Source: a virus. From it: a stretch of 64,000 nt of DNA. Every line of letters begins with the position of its first letter. Within the stretch, counting starts at the first letter, position 1. The translations under genes were made by a program, and so were the position numbers. Location: the IMG/VR virus record IMGVR_UViG_3300028801_000007, positions 37,251 to 101,250 of that record. One strand, 5' to 3'. A model generated the notes under the pieces. It was not told the origin of the DNA. It worked only from the letters and a program-made list of their open reading frames with translations, and did not search any database. Shown here piece by piece: positions 56,813 to 64,000 of the stretch.

Positions 56813-57106
56813 ATGCGACACATTGACCTGAAATGGTTCCGCGCATTGCTCAAGACCCGCAAGATGTCTCAGAAGGAACTGGCGGACGCGATCCATATGA
56901 ATCCGTCAAGCATGTCCCTCACTCTCAGCGGCAAGCGAGAAGTCAGGCTCGGCGAGGCTCAACAGATAGCCCGAGTGCTTGATCTGTCTATAGAAGAACT
57001 CGTCGCACACTTCGGAAATGGCGACGACAACCGCACATCGATTGTCAAGTTCTCCATAGTCCGAGGCCGCAAGCGGAGGAAAAGGACAATACCGCTATTG
57101 CCATGA
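56813..57106 (+). CDS. XRE HTH repressor without S24 protease domain
   Basis: MSQKELADAIHMNPSSMSLTLSGKREV...IARVL; 97 aa; divergent from cro. Confidence 0.8.
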   Translation: MRHIDLKWFRALLKTRKMSQKELADAIHMNPSSMSLTLSGKREVRLGEAQQIARVLDLSIEELVAHFGNGDDNRTSIVKFSIVRGRKRRKRTIPLLP

Positions 57107-57352
57107 CGCAAATATTTATTCAAAAATCATTGGCAAAATGCATACGTTGAATTATAGTTGATTCCAACGCAGCACCACGAACAACCGCGAGGCCGTCATG
57201 TACCACGTAATCGATATCCGAACCGGTGCTGACGAAGGCGGCTTTGATACGCCTGACGACGCCCACACTTTGGCTGATCGGCTGGAACAAGCAATCGGAT
57301 ACGTGCGGTATGTGGTGCGCTGGCTCAATTTCTAATAACTGGAGAGGAAGAG

Positions 57353-58049
57353 ATGAAACTGACACTGGAAATGCTCGATGCAATCGCCCTGAATCATGGC
57401 GGTCACGGCTCGCCCGACGATGGTCACTGCCTGCTCGAAGTCGTGAGCATGTTCGCTAACGAACCGTTTGGCGACACGCCGGAATGCGTCGATCCGGTGC
57501 TTCGTTCTTTCGGCATCTCGTGGAACGACGGCATGCACTGCGACGAAGAGCGCGAGCAGCTCAAGCAGTACATCGTGCGCCTGGTTGGCACGAACAAGGG
57601 TCCCGAACTCTCCCGCAAGCGTTCTTGGATGGCGATGGACTGGTTGGTACGCGTGCATACCGCTGCCTGGCTCACTTTAACGCCGGCACTCATGCCCCAT
57701 GCTAATGCGCTGAAAGCGCTGCCACCCTTAACGTGCGAGCAAGACTTGCGTCTTGCGATGCCAGCACTTGAAAAGGCAAAAACCGAAGCCGCAAACGCAT
57801 GGGCCGCCGCAGGGGCCGCCGCAGGGGCCGCCGCACGGGCCGCCGCATGGGCCGCCGCAGGGGCCGCCGCATGGGCCGCCGCATGGGCCGCCGCAGGGGC
57901 CGCCGCATGGGCCGCCGCAGGGGCCGCCGCACGGGCCGCCGCACGGGCCGCCGCAGGGGCCGCCGCATGGGCCGCCGCAGGGGCCTACAGTAAAAACCCT
58001 CCAAGCCTCCGCGCATGAACTGCTGTCGCGGATGATCGACGCCGAATAG
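57353..58049 (+). pseudogene. Ala-Trp/Gly/Arg repeat protein, apparently frameshifted at the end of the repeat
   Basis: HCLLEVVS..D.PECV.PV...WND N-terminus; the plausible C-terminus PTVKTLQASAHELLSRMIDAE lies in the +1 frame (stop 58049). Confidence 0.6.
57803..57982 (+). repeat. 15 x 12-bp tandem repeat GCCGCCGCA(T/G/C)GG
   Basis: Direct count; encodes AAAW/AAAG/AAAR. Confidence 0.95.
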
Positions 58050-58113
58050 CGTTAAGCGACGGCCGCTCCATACGCCGCAGCGGTGGGACGCCGCACCACT
58101 CTCAGAGGTATCC

Positions 58114-58479
58114 ATGAACTTAGCCCGTACCGAATCCATAGCAGAAGCGCGCCACGAGCAAGCTGCATCGCATTACACGCGCTTGCTGGGCCAGATTGAG
58201 GCATACAACGCTGAGCACGAGAAGCTCGCTCGCACTGAATACGAGCGCCTCTGTGCAGCTCCAACCGGCCTCGACATGCAATGCGCTGTCGAATACTTCG
58301 CGCAAGCTGAGGGCACGATTCTGAGCTGCGCATGGGCCGGCGACGAAGCGAATCGCGATGCGCGTCTCGGCTTTGCTGTGCGCACACTGCTGGCGACTGC
58401 ATTCGGCAAGATGGCCGACAACAAGGCAGATGAGCTGATGACTGCGGCTGAGAAGGCTGCCGAGCGAGGTGCAGCGTGA
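58114..58479 (+). CDS. hypothetical early protein, paralog of 17712-18053
   Basis: MNLARTES... Confidence 0.7.
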   Translation: MNLARTESIAEARHEQAASHYTRLLGQIEAYNAEHEKLARTEYERLCAAPTGLDMQCAVEYFAQAEGTILSCAWAGDEANRDARLGFAVRTLLATAFGKMADNKADELMTAAEKAAERGAA

Positions 58480-58657
58480 GCGAATCCAAAGCTTACGCCG
58501 AAGCGATGGTGCGCGGCGACACCGACGCCTGTTTGCGCATCGAGCAAGCGCATGGCCTCTATGGCTATCCGCCTGAGCTTGTGTCCGCTGGTTTGGCCGC
58601 GATCGACCAGGGCGGCGACGCTCACAGAGCTATCGATGCAATCCTCGGAGATGACGA

Positions 58658-58840
58658 ATGAACCTCTCTCCAAACGTCGACCTTAAACGCATCCGCTCGG
58701 GCGCGCTATATCGTGCTCGCAGCTTCCTGCGCTCAACCTTTCGCCGCTTCGTCGCATGGGATCGCGCACACCCGGTCTGCGGGATGGTGCTGGCTACTCT
58801 TCTGGCGATTGTTTCGGCTTATCTGGTGGTGCTGTTATGA
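58658..58840 (+). CDS. membrane peptide, paralog of 18615-18770
   Basis: MNLSPNVDLKRIR plus C-terminal TM. Confidence 0.65.
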   Translation: MNLSPNVDLKRIRSGALYRARSFLRSTFRRFVAWDRAHPVCGMVLATLLAIVSAYLVVLL

Positions 58841-59073
58841 ACGCACAAAAGCACTATGGGGCGCCGAAGATGGTGAGCCGTAAATGTGCATGGTGTCGAG
58901 ACCCTTTCCAAGCGCGTGAAGCAGATGTTAAGCGCGGCTGGGGCTTGTTCTGCTCGAAGTCGTGCAAGGCAAAGAAGCAGGAAAAGCGCACGGGCCAGAA
59001 CGCGGCATATATCGAAGGCTTCGCCGCGCGAAACGATTACGACGATGACCAGAGTTGGGATGCCCATAAATGA
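58837..59073 (+). CDS. small zinc-finger protein
   Basis: CAWC...F.AR.ADVKRGWGLFCSKSCKA. Confidence 0.65.
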   Translation: MNAQKHYGAPKMVSRKCAWCRDPFQAREADVKRGWGLFCSKSCKAKKQEKRTGQNAAYIEGFAARNDYDDDQSWDAHK

Positions 59074-59981
59074 ATGACTCCATGTTCCCCGGTAGGGTCG
59101 TCTACGACCTCTCCATCGAGAAATACCATGCCGATCGCGACAGCATCTCGAAGACAGGCCTCGACCTGATCGACAAGGCGCCAGCAATCTTCCATGCGTG
59201 GCAGTCGCCCGATGCGCCCGCTCGTGTCGCTAAGCCCGGGCAACTTGAGGGCCACCTTGCGCACTGCGCGATTCTTGAGCCGGAAGAGTTTGGCAAGCGG
59301 TACGCAGTACCGCCGAAGAATGCGCCACGCAAGCCCACCGAAGCCCAGTGGAATGCAAAGAAGCCGTCCGATGACAGTATCGCGGCTATGGAATGGTGGT
59401 CTGCGTGGGCCACTGAGAACCAACAGAAGTTGCCGATTGCGCTCGGTCAGTACGAAGTGGCGATGCGGCAGGCTGAGAGCGTGCGCGCTTTGCCGGAGAT
59501 TCGTGAGTTTCTGTCGCGCGGTCGCGCCGAGGTGTCGGGCTACTGGACCGATTCAATCACCAACGTGAAATGCAGGTGCCGTCCTGACTTCGTGCGTCCG
59601 CTCAGCAAAAGCTCAGTCGTGCTGCTCGATGTGAAAACCTGTGGCGACGCATCGAAAGCAGAATTTGCGAGAGTCGCAGCACGCAAGAACTATCACCGGC
59701 AGGATGCCTTTTACTCTGGCGGCTATGGTGTAGCGGCAAATGTTTCTGTCGAGAAATTCATTTTTATCGCCGTCGAGTCCGAATGGCCATATGCCGCGGC
59801 ATCGTATGAACTAGGCAATGAGAGCCGCGAGGAAGGATTTCTCGAAGTCCACCGCCTGTTGGACATCTACGAGGAATGCCTGCGCACTAATGTATGGCCT
59901 GGCTATGCGGACAGCACCACCACGATAGACCTGCCGCCGTACGCATTCAAATCTCAGGAGGTTGAAATTGGCTACGTCTGA
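59070..59981 (+). CDS. RecE/ExoVIII-like PD-(D/E)XK exonuclease
   Basis: YHA...SISKTGL, G...HCAILEP, CRCRPD, LDVKT, Y..Q.AFY. Confidence 0.9.
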   Translation: MNDSMFPGRVVYDLSIEKYHADRDSISKTGLDLIDKAPAIFHAWQSPDAPARVAKPGQLEGHLAHCAILEPEEFGKRYAVPPKNAPRKPTEAQWNAKKPSDDSIAAMEWWSAWATENQQKLPIALGQYEVAMRQAESVRALPEIREFLSRGRAEVSGYWTDSITNVKCRCRPDFVRPLSKSSVVLLDVKTCGDASKAEFARVAARKNYHRQDAFYSGGYGVAANVSVEKFIFIAVESEWPYAAASYELGNESREEGFLEVHRLLDIYEECLRTNVWPGYADSTTTIDLPPYAFKSQEVEIGYV

Positions 59982-60732
59982 TATCACAAATCTTCGCAGT
60001 ACGATCGTACCGAAGTCGGATCAACTAAACGCCGATCAACTGCTTGACGGCGATATGACGATCACCGTTACAGACGTGCGCATGGGCAATGATGAACAGC
60101 CCGTGATCCTGCACTACAAGGATGATCAGGGGCGTCCGTTCAAGCCTGGAAAGACCATGCGCAAGTTGCTGATTTTCGCGTGGGGTGAGGACGGGCGCGA
60201 GTGGATCGGCAAGTCCATGACGCTTTACAACGATCATGCTGTGAAGTTCGGCGGGATGGTCGTGGGTGGAATTCGCATCAGCCATTTGAGCAATATCGAG
60301 CGCGAAATATCGCTGTCGCTGAATTCTACGAAGGGCAAGAAAGCGACGCATACGATATTGCCACTCACGGTCGTAACGCTCGATGACGTGCTCAAGGCAA
60401 TCAAGGCCGCTACTGGTCGCAACGCGATGAACGCGGCGAAGGTGATGGCAATGAAGCTCACCTCCGAGAGCGACGTGCAGGCAGCTAGTGATGCTTATGC
60501 TGAACGCGCGAAAGAGTTGCGCGGCGGTGTGACGAGCGCCCAACCGCCCGTCGAGCCCCAACCTGCCGCACTCAGCGTCGGTACCAAGCACCTCATCGAC
60601 ACCATGAACAGCCGCATGGACATCGACGCACTCGACGCCGACGCCACCCTGATCAGCGAATTGCCCGAAGCCGACCGCGAAGAAGCGACCGAGCGTTACC
60701 ACCAGCGCCGCGAAGAATTGCTAGGCGCATAA
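59968..60732 (+). CDS. recombination-module protein (candidate annealing protein / SSB partner of RecE)
   Basis: PKSDQLNADQL...PFKPGKTMRKLL...WG...GGIRISHLS; CAGGAGG RBS; follows RecE. Confidence 0.6.
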   Translation: MATSDITNLRSTIVPKSDQLNADQLLDGDMTITVTDVRMGNDEQPVILHYKDDQGRPFKPGKTMRKLLIFAWGEDGREWIGKSMTLYNDHAVKFGGMVVGGIRISHLSNIEREISLSLNSTKGKKATHTILPLTVVTLDDVLKAIKAATGRNAMNAAKVMAMKLTSESDVQAASDAYAERAKELRGGVTSAQPPVEPQPAALSVGTKHLIDTMNSRMDIDALDADATLISELPEADREEATERYHQRREELLGA

Positions 60733-60787
60733 CCAACCCCGTTGGGCGCGCATCCCCGGCGCCTCTTTTTCTTCGCTGGAGATAGGC

Positions 60788-61075
60788 ATGCCAACCATCA
60801 CGCAGAAGGGTTTTATCCACGCCGCCGTAGACGATTACACGAAGCTGCTCGAATACAAATTCGCCACTTACCAAGACATGACTTGTATCGGCTGGGTGTT
60901 CGTATGCGAGCACGAACTAACCTTTGAGGTTCCTGGCGAGTTAAACCCAATCGCTATCGAGACGCAGGCGCTGAAGCGCAAAAAAGCAGAGTTGACCTTG
61001 GAATTCAAGAGACGCGTGACGCCGATCAACAGTCGCCTGCAAGACCTCAAGTGCATTGAATCATCCGCCACATAA
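60788..61075 (+). CDS. hypothetical early protein, paralog of 19210-19515
   Basis: Similar size and LKC C-terminus. Confidence 0.6.
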   Translation: MPTITQKGFIHAAVDDYTKLLEYKFATYQDMTCIGWVFVCEHELTFEVPGELNPIAIETQALKRKKAELTLEFKRRVTPINSRLQDLKCIESSAT

Positions 61076-61532
61076 CCGGAGTTCGCCATGATCGGATGGA
61101 TATACATTTTCGGACTAGTCTCGCTGCTTGTTACCTTCTTGTGTGTATTCATCCGCGGTGCTGATGAGCGATGTTTGCGTTCAGAGCCGAAGCCCGATCC
61201 TTCAATTGAACGTACAGCTCAGATCATGCTTGATGAATACCACGCACAGATGCGCGCGGGCGGTGAGCCACATTTCCCACACTGGGCTGACGACATCGTA
61301 AGGAGCAAGAAATGAAAACCAAAGAGCTAGAAGCATTCATAGCAGCCGCGCATGATGTGATTGATATGAATCACGTGCGGCTCGACGGTGTCACCGTATA
61401 TGGTATGGGAAAGCTTTGGTCAACATTGGCAGCATACGAATCGGTCGAGCTGCACAAGCCTGCGCATTTGCATCCGAAGGCGAGCGAGCAGACCGATGAG
61501 GTGCTCACCCAGTCGGCGTCTAAGGGAGGTGC

Positions 61533-61841
61533 ATGATGGAAGATTTCGTGGTTCGCCACTACAGCGCTGACGAACGGCCAACCATCAAAGGAAATGGGTT
61601 CGATTGACTGCGTCTTGGAGAGAATCGAGAAGAGGCGCAGGTACTTACCGAGTATATCAACAGGAAGTTTGACAAATTGCGGCGTCTCTCTGCATCACAT
61701 GCAGCACTGCTAGCAGCGCTTGAGGAAGCCGAAGCGATTATCGCCAAGAACACGTATCCATGCCCAGATAAGCCAAATAGCACATGGGGCAAGTTGGAAT
61801 CGATGCGCGCAGCTATTAAGGCTGAGAAGGAGTTGGGATGA
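61533..61841 (+). pseudogene. Early gene interrupted by an in-frame TGA
   Basis: MMEDF...KGNGFD*LRLGENREEAQ...ASHAALLAALE...AAIKAEKELG; stop at 61605-61607; distal motifs match 22770-23080. Confidence 0.65.
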
Positions 61842-62043
61842 AAATCATTCAGATACAAGCTATGGGAGGGGAAGACGGAGACCTGTACGGGCTCGATGAG
61901 CAGGGAGGGCTCTACGTATATCGGTCTGCTATGGGTCCTCACACACGCCGCAATGGTCAGCTAGAGGATGGGTGGACGTCGGGATGGGCCCCGATGGACT
62001 GCGGCATCTCGGAACCAGTCCCACACCCGGAAAAGGAACAATC

Positions 62044-63888
62044 ATGAGCAAAGAACTTAGCGATAGCCGAGAGGCGTTTGAGAAATATTGGGCTGACAAC
62101 TATACCGGCCCACTGATGGTCGATGACTACCCATCGACCGAAGCGCAAATCTGCTGGCTCGGCTGGCAAGCAGCTATCGCCCACAAGAGCGAGGGAGTTA
62201 AGGTGCGGTTGACACAAGACGTATTGGATCATTGCTGGGAAATGTACCAGCAAGGTCAAATATCGGCCGATCACACCGCTAAGCAAGTGTTCGAGGGAAC
62301 ACTTCTAAGCTTGGCAGTATGGCTTGCGAAACACAATCTCGTCGCTGTCTCCTGCAAAGCATGTGATGGCTACGGTTCGATTTGGACCGGGATAGACGAA
62401 GCGCCTGCTGACTTGTGTAAATCGTGCTCAGGAACGGGAACAGCACCTGCTGCGCCCGTCGCTGTGCCGGTAGATGCGAGCATTCCACCGATTATGTACA
62501 ACGGCGATACGAAGCGCGACCCGGCATTGAAGGCGCTGCTTAATGCGCAGATTGCTGATCGGCTTTCCATGACGACGGGCCAAGTCAAGCAATTGGATGC
62601 GGTTCTAGACCGCATATTTGACGGACCTGTGATAGTCCCTGCGGCAGCGCCGAGCTACTCGAAACAGATCAAATGGCCAGAGGGGTATTGCCTCGACCCG
62701 AACGGGGCTATGACGTGCCCAGCAGGAATGCATGAAGCATGGAGCTTCGGATATGACTTGGGCTATGCAGACGCGCTGATCGCCAAGGCACCGCAAGTAG
62801 CATCGAGCACGGACGATTACGCTGCAACCCGTTTGCGTGGCATCTGTAAGACGCTGGGTTTAGAGAGCGCTATTCCAGCGGACGATGCTGAACTGCTTGA
62901 CTCTCTCTTTTCGGTGCTGGGTCAGATCCGCTTCCAGATAGAACGGATGCAAGCTAGCGCCCCCGTGCCCCATAGCGGTGAGGCTGCGCCGGTAGGAACG
63001 GCAGGCCCCGAAGGAGGCGCACTCGTGCAGTTTTCGAAGTGGTATGCCGCACAAGACTTTTCCGGGATGCCGGCAAAGGAAATTTCTTCGCTGTCATTTG
63101 ATGCGGGGCACCTGTTTTGGCACGAAAAAAACTTAAGCGAAGATTGGATTGAAACGGCAAAAAGCCTTGCTCGAAACTGGAGATTATCCCGGCGCGGTGC
63201 TGAGTCACAACAGGCATTCGCAAGATTTGAGAATCACCTTAAAACCCACGGCGCCCCTATCGGTGAGGCTGGGGGAGTGGTGGCGCATGTTCCGATTCAT
63301 CCGACGCAAGGGCCGTTGTGGGCCAACACGGTGCCATTGCTCGATGTCGGTGATCGTCCGAAGCATTACCCGACACTCCCTCTCTATTTCGCCGCCCAGC
63401 CGCAAGCAGCGCCGAGCACTGATACTCGGCACGTTGGCGATTCCAGGTTCGAAGGTTGGTATTCGGACTACCGTGCGCACGGCGCGAGTCCCAAGCAGAT
63501 AGCGCGGGATGCTTACGCGGCTGGCATGGGCGATCAGACAGCAGCGCCGAGCGGGCTGAGTGATGCGGTACGCGATGTGCTGGCCGAGCGAGTTCGTCAG
63601 GTGAATGTTGAAGGTTGGACGGTCGAGCACGATGACGAGCATACAAATGGGGAGATGGCGAAAGCTGCCGCAGCATATGCACTGAATGCAGGAAACATAG
63701 CGATCGGATGGCCCAATGATCCTATGCGTGCATTTTGCGAGCCTCCTCCATGGTGGCCTTGGAGCCGCGAGTGGTGGAAACCTGACACGCTGCGTTGGAT
63801 GCTTATTAAAGCCGGGGCATTGATCCTTGCCGAAATTGAGCGCATCGACCGCATCGCTGCTGCTAGCGCTACTGGGAGCGGAGCGTGA
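62044..63888 (+). CDS. Mosaic Ea22/Ead-like protein (element B)
   Basis: Shared linkers with 23551-24951; CxxCxGxG zinc finger; C-terminal DVLAER.RQ...EGWT.EHDD...WPW...KAGALILAEIER domain. Confidence 0.8.
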   Translation: MSKELSDSREAFEKYWADNYTGPLMVDDYPSTEAQICWLGWQAAIAHKSEGVKVRLTQDVLDHCWEMYQQGQISADHTAKQVFEGTLLSLAVWLAKHNLVAVSCKACDGYGSIWTGIDEAPADLCKSCSGTGTAPAAPVAVPVDASIPPIMYNGDTKRDPALKALLNAQIADRLSMTTGQVKQLDAVLDRIFDGPVIVPAAAPSYSKQIKWPEGYCLDPNGAMTCPAGMHEAWSFGYDLGYADALIAKAPQVASSTDDYAATRLRGICKTLGLESAIPADDAELLDSLFSVLGQIRFQIERMQASAPVPHSGEAAPVGTAGPEGGALVQFSKWYAAQDFSGMPAKEISSLSFDAGHLFWHEKNLSEDWIETAKSLARNWRLSRRGAESQQAFARFENHLKTHGAPIGEAGGVVAHVPIHPTQGPLWANTVPLLDVGDRPKHYPTLPLYFAAQPQAAPSTDTRHVGDSRFEGWYSDYRAHGASPKQIARDAYAAGMGDQTAAPSGLSDAVRDVLAERVRQVNVEGWTVEHDDEHTNGEMAKAAAAYALNAGNIAIGWPNDPMRAFCEPPPWWPWSREWWKPDTLRWMLIKAGALILAEIERIDRIAAASATGSGA

Positions 63889-64000
63889 GCGACGTAGCCG
63901 AAAAGACAATTCTCGACCCGTGCTGCGGTGGACGAATGATGTGGCTTGACCGCCAGCACCCGAGCGTGATCTTTGGCGACCAGCGTCACGAGGTGCTGAC
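63874..64000 (+). repeat. Direct repeat, right copy (start of a second copy of the methyltransferase gene; GTG at 63885)
   Basis: Identical to 24937-25063. Confidence 0.95.

Larger units (their letters stand above)
24937..63873. mobile_element. Complete 38,937-bp P22-like podophage unit (element B), no integrase seen
   Basis: Full set of lysis, virion, packaging, replication, immunity and recombination genes between two identical direct repeats. Confidence 0.8.

Noticed and set aside
57803-57982. CRISPR-like or guide-RNA array
   Set aside because: Head-to-tail 12-bp units with no spacers, in frame within a CDS; no cas or Nop-domain genes nearby
57702-58139. Alternative-frame ORFs (GPPH/GPPQ collagen-like, poly-Arg) over the repeat
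   Set aside because: By-products of a stop-free GC-rich repeat; only the short +1-frame tail after the repeat looks meaningful
23551-63888. Diversity-generating retroelement to explain the repeated blocks
   Set aside because: No reverse transcriptase in the window, and differences between copies are not adenine-specific

Overview
The whole window is phage DNA (GC-rich; a Burkholderiales-type host is my inference from gene style) and holds two related but distinct phage genomes. Element A (1 to ~24,936) is the early half of a lambdoid temperate phage. It carries a degenerate tRNA-Trp, a Q-like antiterminator, a nin-like region (NinG, 2OG-Fe(II) oxygenase, cupin), DnaB and an O-type initiator with iterons, a DNA methyltransferase carrying an in-frame LAGLIDADG insert, cII/cro/cI with 17-bp operators, a Doc toxin with a tiny antitoxin, a YfdP/YfdQ(DUF2303)-like pair, a Sak4/SSB/exonuclease module and a mosaic Ea22/Ead-like gene. 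Element B (24,937-63,873; 38,937 bp) reads as a complete, circularly permuted P22-like podophage genome. It has lysis genes, tailspike, ejection proteins, GNAT plus Asp/Asn-type hydroxylase, hub/adaptor, a PASTA protein, coat, scaffold, portal, terminase, a GroES homolog, RuvC, a DUF1376 initiator, cro/HTH repressor and RecE-like recombination, but no recognisable integrase. B is bracketed by an exact direct repeat (24,937-25,063 = 63,874-64,000, cut by the window end) at a shared methyltransferase gene. It is therefore either a phage recombined into another prophage by homology or an assembly chimera. Comparing A and B shows seven conserved short linkers bracketing exchangeable in-frame cassettes inside one protein. 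All family assignments come from motif recognition by eye; no database searches were run.
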